DNA from: Flectonema sp. DT1601
Taxonomy: Eukaryota
Reading direction: 5' to 3'
DNA: 64,000 nucleotides
NCBI GenBank assembly: GCA_964019425.1
Contig: OZ025805.1
Span: 992,001-1,056,000 of the forward strand
Shown here in pieces: positions 10,448-22,511 of this stretch (its first letter is position 1; every line of letters begins with the position of its first letter). Below the pieces are notes generated by a model, which was not told where the DNA came from, ran no database searches, and saw only the letters and a list, made by a program, of their open reading frames with translations. A program made the translations under genes and the position numbers.

Positions 10448-11471
10448 ATGCCCCCCAAAGATGCCGCCAGTCCAGCGATTCCAGCCGTGCCTCGTCCTCA
10501 AACACCAAACGACTTAGCGATCATGAAGACGGAATCATCGCTAAGTTCGATTGCTGTCATTGAATCAAAATGGACACAACGACAACAACTAAAAGGTGAG
10601 CAAAGTGATAAAAACTTCATTCATAGAACAACAATTGAAGTTGGGCTTCAGTTAGCAAACAGAATGTTAGCAGACCTTGAAAGGTCGATTGGAAAAATAC
10701 TGCAAAAACCAGAGCAGACGGAGGAAAAGGGAAAGAAACCTGCAGCGACTAAGGGAACACCCGCAGCAGTTGAGGAACCGCCAATTGCATACAGAGCTTC
10801 TGACGTTAATGATATGACTAATGTTTGTTTTTTTTATAATTTCCTTCTTTTTTTTCTTTTTTCCAGCAAGATTGATTTTTTCAAAAAAAAAAAAAAAAAA
10901 ACAGCTTTTTATGAAATTTTATCAATTCGAAGCCTCTTCGAAGTCAAAAAATTCTAATGCTGCTCAACCCCTGGCGATGTCATTAAAAAAAGAAGCAAAG
11001 AAAGCTGTGGAGGCATATCGAGATGAAGATGAATCACGTCGAGGCATACGAATGAAAACTGTATTAGCTCTCTCTGAAGAACCAATATTAGAAGGAAGAG
11101 CCGACGAAGCTCTGTCACTACCAAAGGGACTAGACAAGACAATATGGCAACAGGTATGTCGTCATTCTGTATCCTACTTAACGACAATGAAATGTCTTCC
11201 AACTTAAATATCAAAACAGATGTTACAACTTCGAAGTAAACGATTACAATTAGTAGAGGCAGCCGATCAACTAGAAAAGGAACTAGTACCGTTAACAACA
11301 AGAAGTGAGGGACTCGTTTCAATGTCTGATGTCACTCAATATGCGCTTAGTGCCACACTTAGAGAAAAAGGTCACTTGACAAATCTTCTACGGGAGCAAG
11401 AAACCAAACGAGTTGAAGAAATAGCAACGTGGAATGAATCTAATATAAAAACTGGAAAGGGAGGAAAGTAG
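10448..11471 (+). CDS. Coiled-coil protein of unknown function (possible weak resemblance to the CFAP43 C-terminal region). join(10448..10822,10905..11153,11220..11471)
   Basis: Three ORF pieces are joined in phase 0 by GTTTGT..ACAG and GTATGT..ACAG introns. Confidence 0.7.
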
Positions 11472-11751
11472 TAAACAATTTCTGTTCACGTTGTAACCTG
11501 GTTTCTGCCAAAGCATCAACACCAGATTGTATAACGAAAGAGTGACGTTTTTTTTTTTTTTTTTTTAGATATTTAGCTCTTCTGAAAAAAAGTAGCTTCG
11601 TTTTTTCTTATTTATTTTCATTATGATTCTTTTTGTTAAAAAATTTGTAGTTAGTGGTCGGTAACAATTGATGAAAGCAAAAAAAAAAAAAAAAAACCCC
11701 CAATATTCATTTATTTATTTATTTATTTATTTTTTTTTTCAGACACAGCAA

Positions 11752-12285
11752 ATGAACGTCGAAGAGCTATCGCTTTTACACAACTGCTCAAACAATGCCA
11801 CAGTGAGGTCTCTTGTTCAGCAATGTGCTGCTTCTGACATCATGATTACACATTGTGGATCAGCTATTGGTGTTGTAAGGCATACCTTCAGAGGCAAGAC
11901 GTGGTTGTTAAGAAAGGCTGTGCTTTTGGGACCCTTATTAGTAATTTATAATAACTTTGATAAAAAGTGTAAGGGATTTGTTATAACACGGGGGGCTTCT
12001 ATGAGAAAAGTCTCTGAAAACGTCTACTGGATAGCAGGTGTGATGTGCACAGTTCCGACTGATAAGTTGAAAGGCTTCGCAATTCAAATTACTTCAAAAG
12101 AATTTCATTTAAAATTAGAACAGACTTCTGTCTCTGTTGACGACGCTTCGAAATATCGTAAAATGCATTCAGATCTCGTGGAGTCATCTCATTTACTGCT
12201 ACATGATAAGAATCTCAAATTAAAAGCAGCGAATGACGAAATTCGAAATATTCAAAACAACGTTGATGAGATGCGACGAACCTAG
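11752..12285 (+). CDS. Small protein with PH-like fold and C-terminal coiled coil
   Basis: ATG follows a TTTCAG acceptor at 11742; the KTWLLRKAVLLGPLLVIY...KCKGFVI pattern is PH-like. Confidence 0.55.
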   Translation: MNVEELSLLHNCSNNATVRSLVQQCAASDIMITHCGSAIGVVRHTFRGKTWLLRKAVLLGPLLVIYNNFDKKCKGFVITRGASMRKVSENVYWIAGVMCTVPTDKLKGFAIQITSKEFHLKLEQTSVSVDDASKYRKMHSDLVESSHLLLHDKNLKLKAANDEIRNIQNNVDEMRRT

Positions 12286-12551
12286 TCCAGCCAAAAAAAA
12301 TATTTTAAATCAGGCCAGTTACATGTCCGTGTTCTTTGTATTGTAATTCCCAACAACGATGGGATTTATTGTTATTTTAGAGTTTTTTTTTTTGTACATT
12401 TCTAAAAGATGGAATCGAAAAAAAAAAAAAAAATTCCTCTTTTCAAAGTCGTAGATTAGAAAGTAGTTAATTTGGTTTAGTTGCTCAAAAAAAGAAAATA
12501 AATTTATCATTCTCACAGACTCTTTTAAAGTAAAAAAAAATAAAAAAAAAA

Positions 12552-14042
12552 ATGCATTTCTCAACGGGAATTGAACTAGCAGCAGCAATTCGCTCTGGTC
12601 AAGCGAAGTCTCGCGAACTACTCGAAATGTTCATTCAGAGAATTGAGAAGCACGATGGTAAAATAAATGCAGTAGTCTGCCGAGACTTTGAAAATGCCAG
12701 AAAGAGAGCAACAGAAGCAGATGAAGCAACAGCAAGAGGTGAGAACTGGGGAGTTCTTCATGGTGTTCCGATGACTATTAAAGAAAATAATGACGTCGCT
12801 GGAATGGATTCTACAATTGGACATCCGGAACGTGCAGGAAAACCTGCGAAATTCAATGCGGTGGTAGCTCAGCGTCTTGTTGATGCCGGGGCGGTGATTT
12901 TTGGAAAAACAAACCTGCCGATTGATTGCAATGATATCCAAACATATAATTCAGTCTACGGAACTACTAACAACCCTTACGACTTGTCTAGATCTCCTGG
13001 TGGTTCCAGTGGAGGATCTGCTGCAGCTTTATCTGCTGGATTCACTCCATTAGAAATCGGAGGTGATATCGGTGGATCAATAAGAACACCATCACACTGC
13101 TGTGGATTGTTCGGTTTAAAACCAACCTTTGATGTTATCTGTCGACTTGGTGGCACACCAACTAATGGAACAAGCGGAGGAGATCCTTCAGGGATTGCAG
13201 GAGGTGATTTAGTAACCAAAGGACCGTTAGCGAGATGCCCTGAAGACCTATCACTCCTTATGGATGTAGTGGCTGGTTCACATGGTACGGAGTCAAGAGG
13301 TTGGACTTTAAACCTGCCAAAGAACCCACCAAAAGAATTAAAAAACTATAAAATAGCTGTCTGGAGTGACGACGCTGTTTCTCCAGTAGACGACGACATT
13401 AAGAAAGCAGTTCAGAAAGTAGTTTCAATTCTTAAAGCAGCAGGTGCTTCAGTAACAGAAGCCAAACCAGACTTCGACAGCAAAGAAATGTTCGAGACTT
13501 ATCTAAGCCTCTTAGCATCAGCTGAGACAATTGGTGAATCAAAAGAAGCAGCAGAACGCCAGAGAAATGAAGCTTCAGAGGCAACCGGAGACTCTGACCT
13601 CACAAAACAAAAGAAGTGGATTGCCCAGTCTCACTATTCATGGTTTAAAACTCACTCTAAGAGAATGTCGATGGGTGTTGCTTGGGAACATTTCTTTAAT
13701 GAATACGATTATGTCATAACACCTGTTGTTAATTCAGTGGCTGTTCCTCATCAACAAGAAACTGTAACGGATATGCCATTTTGGAAAGTAGGAGAACGTG
13801 TAGTAAAAGGTAACAACCTAGACATTCCTTATCACAAACAAGTCTTTTGGGCATCTATTGCAACTGTTTGCTACTTGCCATCATGCAGCTTTCCTGTTTC
13901 AAGAGGTGAAGGCGATATGCCTGTCGGTTTGCAAGTGACTGGACCAAAATACAGCGATCATGATTTGTGTACCTTTGCGAAGGTTCTCAGTGATGCTGGT
14001 GATGCTCAGATGAAGTTTCAACCTCCTAATGATTATAAATAA
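12552..14042 (+). CDS. Amidase-signature family amidase
   Basis: LHGVPMTIKE (catalytic Lys), SPGGSSGGSAAA, GGDIGGSIRTP, MPVGLQVTG; intronless. Confidence 0.95.
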   Translation: MHFSTGIELAAAIRSGQAKSRELLEMFIQRIEKHDGKINAVVCRDFENARKRATEADEATARGENWGVLHGVPMTIKENNDVAGMDSTIGHPERAGKPAKFNAVVAQRLVDAGAVIFGKTNLPIDCNDIQTYNSVYGTTNNPYDLSRSPGGSSGGSAAALSAGFTPLEIGGDIGGSIRTPSHCCGLFGLKPTFDVICRLGGTPTNGTSGGDPSGIAGGDLVTKGPLARCPEDLSLLMDVVAGSHGTESRGWTLNLPKNPPKELKNYKIAVWSDDAVSPVDDDIKKAVQKVVSILKAAGASVTEAKPDFDSKEMFETYLSLLASAETIGESKEAAERQRNEASEATGDSDLTKQKKWIAQSHYSWFKTHSKRMSMGVAWEHFFNEYDYVITPVVNSVAVPHQQETVTDMPFWKVGERVVKGNNLDIPYHKQVFWASIATVCYLPSCSFPVSRGEGDMPVGLQVTGPKYSDHDLCTFAKVLSDAGDAQMKFQPPNDYK

Positions 14043-14312
14043 AGTAATATAGCTTTATCCTTTCTAGCTCTCTCACTGTCTGTGTAGATTAACTGTTTTG
14101 TGTACAAAACAAAACACCCGAGTGTGTTCATGTTATCATTCGTAAGCTCTCAAACACAAGCAAAAAAAGAATTGTGACAGCGTAGTACACAACCCTTTTC
14201 ACACAAACACTTGAATTCCCTAAACGTATCGTCGGTCGAAAACAGATGTAAGAGTTGAATGACTTTATAATTTATCACACATTCCTTAAACAGAGAACAG
14301 TAACAAAGTTAA

Positions 14313-15740
14313 ATGTCAAAGTTTACCTATGACCTCCTAGTGATTGGTGGTGGAAGTGGTGGAGTTAGGGCAGCCAGATGGGCAGCGGGATTGTCAGCAA
14401 AACCAAAGGTCGCTCTGGTAGAACTTCCTTACGGAGCAGAAAAGGGAGGTCTTGGAGGCACCTGCGTCCTACGTGGATGTGTTCCAAAGAAGCTGCTTTG
14501 GTATGGAGGACACTACGGTCATGACATGAGAGATGCAACAGGCTATGGCTGGAACATCCCTGAAGGTCTGTCCCACGACTGGCCAGCTCTAATGGAAAAG
14601 AAGAGAACTGAAATGCTTCGATTAAATGGAATATACGCTGGTCTTCTTGAGAGTGCTGGTGTTGATTTATTAGAAGGTTTCGGATCACTTGAAGACCCCC
14701 ACACAGTAGTAGTCGGAGATGTCAAGTACACTGCCGAAACAATTCTAATCGCAACTGGAGCGACTCCACACCACCTGTCATTTCCAGGATCTGAACACGC
14801 TATTACTTCTGATGAGCTTCTAAATGTGAGCTCAAAACCATCAAAGATGGTTGTCCTTGGAGCAGGATACATTGCATGTGAAATGGCTTGTATCTTAAAG
14901 GGATACGGTACTGAAGTACATGTTGTATACCGGGCACCTCAACCACTTCGTGGATTTGACGAAGACTGTAGAGTGTTCTTAGGTGAACAAATGGCAGCAC
15001 ATGGTCTTATTATGCACCCAGAGCAAACACCTGCTTCCATAAAGAAACAAGATGATGGTAAGTTCACAGTAGTCACGAATAGTAAAGATGGTGAAGTTGA
15101 GACTAAAGATGTTGATGTTGTTTTAATGGCAACTGGAAGAAAACCAAACATTCGAGGTCTCGGATTAGACAAGGCTGGAGTTGAATTGAATGCCGGAGGT
15201 GCTGTAAAGGTAGACGACTACTCACAGACTAATGTTGAAAGTATCTACGCAGTTGGTGATGTCACTGACAGAATGCAACTAACACCGGTGGCTCTTCACG
15301 AGGCTGTTTGTTTTGCTAACACAAAGTACGGTGGTGAAAAACAAAGTCCATGTCACGAGTTAATTGCTTCTGCTGTATTCACAACCCCACCAATGGGAGT
15401 CTGTGGTCTAACAGAAGAACAAGCAATCTCTCAATACAAAGATGTTGACGTTTACACATCAAACTTCAGAACTATGGTCCACACATTATCAGGGTCGTCT
15501 GAGAGATCGTTTATGAAGCTTCTCGTTGATCCAAAGACGACTAAAGTAATTGGTATTCACATTGTTGGAAAAGACGCATCTGAAATTATCCAAGGATTTG
15601 GTGTTGCTCTTAAATGTGGCGCCACAAAGCAACAACTTGACTCGACGATTGGTGTACATCCATCCTCGGCCGAGGAACTGGTAACGATGCGCAAAGCAAC
15701 CCGTACGATAAGAGACGGAAAAGTTCAGGCTAATCTGTAG
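14313..15740 (+). CDS. gor: Glutathione-disulfide reductase (plant/bacterial CVLRGC type)
   Basis: YDLLVIGGGSGG, GGTCVLRGCVPKK, GAGYIA, IGVHPSSAEELVTMR. Confidence 0.92.
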   Translation: MSKFTYDLLVIGGGSGGVRAARWAAGLSAKPKVALVELPYGAEKGGLGGTCVLRGCVPKKLLWYGGHYGHDMRDATGYGWNIPEGLSHDWPALMEKKRTEMLRLNGIYAGLLESAGVDLLEGFGSLEDPHTVVVGDVKYTAETILIATGATPHHLSFPGSEHAITSDELLNVSSKPSKMVVLGAGYIACEMACILKGYGTEVHVVYRAPQPLRGFDEDCRVFLGEQMAAHGLIMHPEQTPASIKKQDDGKFTVVTNSKDGEVETKDVDVVLMATGRKPNIRGLGLDKAGVELNAGGAVKVDDYSQTNVESIYAVGDVTDRMQLTPVALHEAVCFANTKYGGEKQSPCHELIASAVFTTPPMGVCGLTEEQAISQYKDVDVYTSNFRTMVHTLSGSSERSFMKLLVDPKTTKVIGIHIVGKDASEIIQGFGVALKCGATKQQLDSTIGVHPSSAEELVTMRKATRTIRDGKVQANL

Positions 15741-16177
15741 TCATAGTTTTGTTTAATTTTAATTTTTTCATGCACAAGACATCCTTCTAGCTCTCCCACA
15801 GTTATTCTGGATAACAAGTTTTTGTGCATAGCAACCTATTAAAAAAAAAATCTGGATTGTGCAAGTCGCGCGCAAACCTTTTTTTTTTTTAACCCATCAA
15901 GGACATAATGTAAGTACCTTTTTTTACCATGAATTTTACGTTATATTTTGAGCACAGTACGATCAGCTTTTAAAATAAATTTTTAAAAAAAAAAAAAAAG
16001 GGTGCCAAATGCCCAGGCAAAACAGGGCTTTGATTAGTGGTGGCCCCTCCCCCACGAGTTTCCTTTCTATTTTACACGCTGAAAATAAAAAAAATGATTG
16101 GTTAGCGATTCACACAACAGGAGATGTCGTGTCCTGGCCATAAGCGCTGACTTTTGTTAAAAATTTTCTTCTTATTT

Positions 16178-16210
<33 letters not shown>

Positions 16211-17007
16211 TCTCTCCTGTTTTCTTATTGTTGGGATTTGAATTGCCACTAAAGTCATTTTCGGAATACTGATAAACTAGGAAGGGAAAAAAAAAAGAAA
16301 TAAAAAAAAAGAAGAAAAAAAAACAACAACAACAACACGTACAAAAATACTAACTTATCGTTGGCTTACTATACTTCCCATGCGGTTGAAAGATTACGGA
16401 TTGGTTGCTCTTATTCGAAATTTTTTAATTCCTTTTTTTTTTTTTTTTTTATTTTTTTTTATTCTCTCCTTCCTTTCTTTCGTAAAAAAAAAAAAAAAAA
16501 CTAAATTAGTGTTTCTCACCACGAATTTAAGAAAAAAAACGTTTCCTTTTTTTTTTTTTTTTTTATATAAACACAGCGAAGCAGAGATTTCTTTTTACCT
16601 TCAGCTTTTCAAACAAACGACAGTAGCGTTTTTACCACGACTATCTATCGTTTGGCTTGTCTTTTCTACGTATAAAAGCTGAAACTGATACGGTCTGTTT
16701 CCAAAAAAAAAAAAAAAAAAAAATTAACAACAACAACAACAACAACAACACAAATAAAGGAAACTTTTACGACAGTTTCTTCTTTTCCCTTTTTTTTTTT
16801 TTTTTTTAAAAAAATTAAAAAAAAGAAAATTGAACAAACAAAGAGGGCTGCATATTAAATTAAAAGCCTCCAGAAGACTCATTTTGTAATACAGTATTCA
16901 AACGTATGACTAGACTGTGAGGTATACCTCTGGAGAGTCTGTTGATCTCTTTAGTTGTGAGCTCCGATTAAAATTATTTTTTAAAAATTACTTAGAAGTA
17001 TAACAAC

Positions 17008-19088
17008 ATGTCAGGTATGGGAAGAGGTAGAGGACGGGGTGCAAAACCCAAAGAAGATGTTGACAAAGCACCACCACCACGAGGAGGACCACCTCCAGCA
17101 GGAGCCACATCAACAGGACCACCAGCCAGTCTTTTCAAAGCAAGAAATGCAGACACGACAACGTACAACAGAGATGAAATGAAAGACTTATTTCAACCAA
17201 CTCCATGCCCTACGAATGTTCCAAAAGCTGATTTCGTATCTCAGAACACAGTAAAGCCACGATTCGTGTTAGACGAGGAGAAGGCGAAACCATCTGACAA
17301 ATGGGCGACTCCGAGTTGCTTTACAAAACCATCGACAACAGCTGTTGAAGACCACGACTTTTGGAGCGTCCCTGAAGAGAAACCTGTCGAAGTAAAACAA
17401 GAAACGAAAAAGCTTACCAACTTAGAACAAGAGTTAGAAGACACAAAACGTCAAATGGAAGAATACAAAAGGAAAATGGAAGACTTGGAACGTGCCCGCC
17501 TCGAAGAAGTCGAACAAAGCAAAAGAGAAGTCGAACAAGAGCGCAAAAAGATGGAAGAAGAACGTCAGGAAATTGAAAGAATGAAAGCATCGGCAGCACA
17601 AGAACGGCAAAGACAACAGGATGAGCTCCTTGCTTTGGAATCCCAGAGACGGGAAAACGATAAAAAAATAGCTCAAGAACAGCAACTTGTTGACGAAGAA
17701 AACAAACAAAAACGTCTCCAAGAAGAAGCCAATGCAGCAAAACTCGCAGAAAGCAACAAAAAACAGCGGGAAGAGGAGGAACGCCTTGAACAAAGGAAGC
17801 TCGCCGAGGAACGTCGGGAACAAGAAAGGCTCGAAGAAGAACGCAAAGAGCAAGAAAGTATTGACCAGGCAAAGAACCAAAAAGTTGAGAAGGAAAGGAA
17901 GCGTAACGAAGAACGTGAGAAACGCAGAAAGGAAAAGGAAGAGCGAGAGCAAAGACAACGTGAGGCAGCAGAAGAGCGCAAGAAGGAAGAAGAAGAAGAA
18001 GCACAAAGAAAGCTTGAGATGAAGAAGAAGAGAGAAGAAGAACGTCTCAAAGAAAAGAACAGAGTTGAGGCGGAAACAAAGAAGAAGGAGGAACAGCGCG
18101 CTGCAGCTAACCAATCCAAACCTAAAGCAGTTTGGGAAAGCAGCTCCGAAGACGGAATGGACTTTGCTTCTCTACACGCTGGCATGAAGACTGGCAAGCT
18201 TAAAGGAAAGAAAAACATCGTATGTACCCTTCCTATTATTTAATATCCTCATTTAATAAATAAATATCATCACTGTTTCCTTATTAACACCACTACAGTC
18301 TATCCCACCACCGAAACAACTACCTAAGGGTGAAGTCGTAATGCCAAAGAAGGTATGTTGTCATTCTAATCCTTCGATTTATAATTTTATTTGTATCACA
18401 ACAACACTAAATAACATAACAGGTACCAGGAAAAGTTCTCGAGCTAAAGCCAAAGGGAAATGCATCTGCCTGGGGTTCAGTGGCGGCTGTGAAAAAGCCT
18501 CTCAACATGAAGAAGATTCTAGCTGAACAATTAAAGAAGGAAGGAACTGATAAAAATAACGAAGTAGCATCGTATTTAAACCCAGAAAAAACGAAGAAAA
18601 AGAAGCAAAAACACAGACAGAAGATCAACCACGGAAGTGATGACGACGATGATGATGAGACTCCTGTTCAGAAGGAGGAGGAGGTTTTCAAAGTTCCATT
18701 GGGACCTCAAGTCGACACTGAAATCCATCAATGGGCAACAACCACGTTACGTAAATTAGCAGGATCGAAAACAGCCCTCGACATCTCTTCTGTTTGTGAA
18801 GTTCTTTGCTTGGCTGGAACAGCAGAAGAACTACGAACCTGCGCTGCGGATGCTTTGGGACTTATGAAAGGTGCTTCAAGGTTTGTGGAAGACTTGGTTG
18901 AAAAAAGATGGCCAACAGGATCAAAGATTCAGCAGCTAAAGCAATCTGTACAACAGAAAGCTCAACAACAACAAGGTAAGAAATCTCAGGGTAAGGGAAG
19001 AAGAGCGAAAAGTAACTTGAATGGTCTTGTCAATTTCGGAGTTGTAGCTGCTCCTTCATTCAATGCCGGGGAAATAGAAACTGTGTAG
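17008..19088 (+). CDS. GIGYF-like protein: putative eIF4E-binding motif, long charged coiled coil, C-terminal helical domain. join(17008..18219,18299..18352,18423..19088)
   Basis: Both GTATGT..ACAG introns are phase 0 and keep the frame. Motif YNRDEMKDL. The C-terminal HQWATTTL...LDISSV...ALG...ASRFVEDLVEKR pattern resembles GIGYF C-termini. The gene model is firm; the product call is tentative. Confidence 0.6.
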
Positions 19089-19871
19089 GGTCTAATTTTC
19101 ACTCTTCTCCCGTTTTTACGTCTTTTGTTATTTATATGGATTTTTGTTATTTTATGTCAGGGATTTTTTTTTTCTTACTTTTTTTTTTAAACTAACCATT
19201 AAGGGAGGGGGGGGAAAAAAGAAAACAAAGAAAAAGAATTTAAAAAAAAATAATTTTTCCATATGTTGGAATTGCATACTGGCGCTCAGAAGAACTCGTT
19301 CGGTTCTTCAATCTGTTTGAACGACCTCTCATGTTGGTAGTGTCCGATGAAGATTTTTCGATGCTCACACTAGTCTATCCACTCAAAGGGCCTGAGGATC
19401 GTCATATTTCAATTTCTTTTTTTTTTCCTTCTACTTTTTTTTAAAATCAAGAAAAAAGAAACTAACAACAACAACAAAAAAAAAAAAAAAAAAAAAAAAA
19501 GAAACACGAAGTATCAATTAGATAGAGAAGTGGTTGTGTTAGTTATTTTATTAAAAATGTTATGTAATCTTCCTGAAAACTTTCTTCTAACCGCGAAGGA
19601 CATCAGGCAGCTCTCTCATTATGACTACTGATAATTTTCTATCCCACTTTCAGTAGAAAACCAGCTCTGCCGCATTATTAGACAGCAAAACCTTATAAAA
19701 AAGTTCGTGGAATAGGAAAAAAAAAAAAAAAACAAGAAAAATAGAATATCACCGGATTTTGTGGTTTTTTTTTTTTACAATTTTTTTTTCCCCCGTATTT
19801 TTTTTGTTTTTTGTAAATCCTTTGTTTCCCATAAAAAACACAGTTTTAAAAAAAAAAAAAAAAAAAAAAAA

Positions 19872-21396
19872 ATGATGGCGACAGCAAGCAACAGCAGTGA
19901 ATACAAAGACCCGGACGTATCCCAACGAAATGAAGAAGAAATGAACAACAGCGTGGCATCACAAGAGGAGTCTCTCTCTGTGGGGATAGTCCAATTTAGT
20001 AGAGTCTCTCTATTAGATGCTTCAGAGACAAGTGATTGCATAATTACTTTTAATGGAATGGATTTCTATGTTCATACTGCCTTGTTAGCACCTGTTTCAA
20101 TTTATTTTGAGCAATGCTTAACAGGAGAATGGGCTGAAAGCGTCAGTAAACACATCGACGTTGAAATTCTCGGCGCCACAGTACGAGATTTTGAATGGGT
20201 TCTCAGATGTCTTTACGGAGGTCAAAATCTTCAACTGGAAAAAAAACAAATTGAAGGAGTTCTTCGCATCGCATCATATTTTCAACTGGCTCCCTTATCT
20301 GAGAGGGTCCAGGAAATGGTTCTTACTTGTGTTACAACAGGAGCAGAAGTATTAGAATTAAATATAACACACAGAGTTATGCTTAATAAGCTAGCCGACA
20401 CTATTCAACTGAAGGAAAACGACGTACTTTCTCTTCTAAAAGTCGCAACAGAATACTGCGCAGAAGATCTACAACGTCGATGTGGAAAAACTCTCGCTGA
20501 GACGGTTCTAACTAAAGACGCTGAAGTTTCTCAACTTGTTGAACTGCCGGTAGCAACGCTTATTGGTTGTTTTTCTTCTGATAAGATGAGCGGACTTGGT
20601 AACGAAGACGCTCTTCTAGAACTGATTATGAGGATTTGTTCAGTTGCTAGTTTCGACGAAACAACCGAAAGAGAACTTGCTGCCTGTATCAGACTACAGT
20701 ACCTGTCTGTCAACGGTATCGAACTTGCATATAAATGGCCTGTTGTAGACAGAAATAACATGATAAGAGCACTTGCTAAGCAACGAGACCCAGCAGCATT
20801 TCCGGACATTGCTAGAGAATCAGCCAGACAGTTTTATATTGCTTTTAGTCCTGAATTGTCGAAAGGTGTCCTCACATACTTTGAGAACAGCGCCGTTGTT
20901 GTTCACCATTCTAAAGCTCGTGCTGTCGCTGTCGTTGATATCCCTTGTGAAAAAGGTAAAATTGTAAAAGTAACATTCAAATTAGTTAACGACAAAAGAG
21001 GTGATGAAGGAACCTGTTTCGGTACCGTCTCTCGCTACAATGTCGGACCTGCTGACTACCGAGAAGCAGAAGGTCCTTTATGGAGAGCTTACAATGGAGA
21101 GGTCCGTGAGTTAAAAGTAGTAAAGAAAGACATTGCCAAACTTCACCCAAATGACACCGCAACAGTGGTGGTTGACGGAATCACTCGTAAAGTAGAATTC
21201 GTTAAGGATGGTAAGTCACTTGCTGAGAGAGAGATAATGCCAGAGGTACGATGGCCTGTATGTTATTTATAATTCTCTGTCGTCTTCCATTCGTTGTTAA
21301 GTAATTTAATAGAAATCAACAAAACAGATATGTCCTGCTGTTTGGTTTTACGGATGCAATGAGAAAGTCATAGTTCAGAGCTCACTTGTAATATGA
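19872..21396 (+). CDS. BTB/BACK-like protein with SPRY-like C-terminus. join(19872..21257,21328..21396)
   Basis: BTB SDCIITFNGMDFYVHTALLAPVSIYF...WAES; CIRLQYLS; intron GTATGT 21258..AAAACAG 21327. Confidence 0.85.
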
Positions 21397-21699
21397 ATGA
21401 ACTCCCTATATATTCAGATTGTTTCTTTTGTTTTTATGTATCTAACTCACTCTTGCCCTACTCGTATTTAATTTATTATTTTATCTTACTTATCGTCATA
21501 AATATTGACACCTGTCACGTGTTAATCTCCGATTGGAGTTTGATGGATAGCTGATTCACTTTTATTTTGTACTCTACTCAAGTCATTTGTCATTTACGAT
21601 CAGAGTTCCTTCCAACCTCGAAAAACACAAAAACCTTACCTTATTTATATATTCTGCACTTACGGGTGGCCTAACCATTTTGTTTTTTTCTTTTTTTTT

Positions 21700-21832
21700 G
21701 TACCGAAGTAGTCGGAGAAGAAACTATTCAGAGTAAATGTCGTAATTTCTTATATGGGTTATGATTTATTTTCCCCAAATGCGAGAGAGGATTCTTGTCT
21801 GAGTTTCAACGAAATATAAGGCTAATCTGAAT

Positions 21833-21834
<2 letters not shown>
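21700..21834. mobile_element. Hairpin/subterminal-IR element, copy 2
   Basis: Same sequence family as copy 1, flanked by T-runs on both sides. Confidence 0.85.
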
Positions 21835-21874
<40 letters not shown>

Positions 21875-22511
21875 TTAATTTCTCCCCTTTAGTTTTCTTT
21901 CGGTTGTGTAGTACCTCAAACAAAAGTATCAATTTATCCTTTTCCCTTCTCTCAACTAAATAAATTCGGTCTGGTACAGATGAGACCTTAAACTAACTGT
22001 GCTTTCCTTGAAATCCCTTTTAAGCTTGCGAGTAATTGACTTTTTTTTATCTATATATATATTGCTCTGTAATTGGGACTGGTGCGACTCGCAGTCATCA
22101 GTTTTTGATTTCACTAACAAAGTAGTTCCCTTCACTAAGTTAATTATTATTTCATACGAAGACTACGGAACGTTCTTTTTCTTTTCTTTTCCAGAACTTT
22201 TTGTATTTGTTTTCAACTTTACATCAATTCTTGCGTTTGTTACACGAAATTTGATATTTTTTTTTCTTTCCGTCTTTTTTCCCTCTTTAATATTACGTTG
22301 AAAAAAAGAAAATAAAAGTCGTTTTTTTTTTCTATTTTTTCTTTAACTGTATGACTCTTCTCAACAGAGGTAAGGTTATCACCTGTTCCCTCTGTTTGGC
22401 GAGGAGTCTTTTTAATATAATTGTTATCAAAATTATTGGTGTAAATCTTAGTAGGCAGGTAATTGTAGTTATCTCACAGTCCCTCGCAGAGAGAAATCAA
22501 ATAAAAGAAAG

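Noticed and set aside
17241..18218. Long antisense ORFs over charged or repetitive genes (also 244-2337, 49192-49865)
   Set aside because: Shadow frames of low-complexity + strand coding sequence.
19342..19400. Possible C/D snoRNA (CGATGA...CAAAGGGC-CTGA)
   Set aside because: Imperfect box C and only ~8 nt of complementarity to the conserved SSU GCCCUUUG; too weak.
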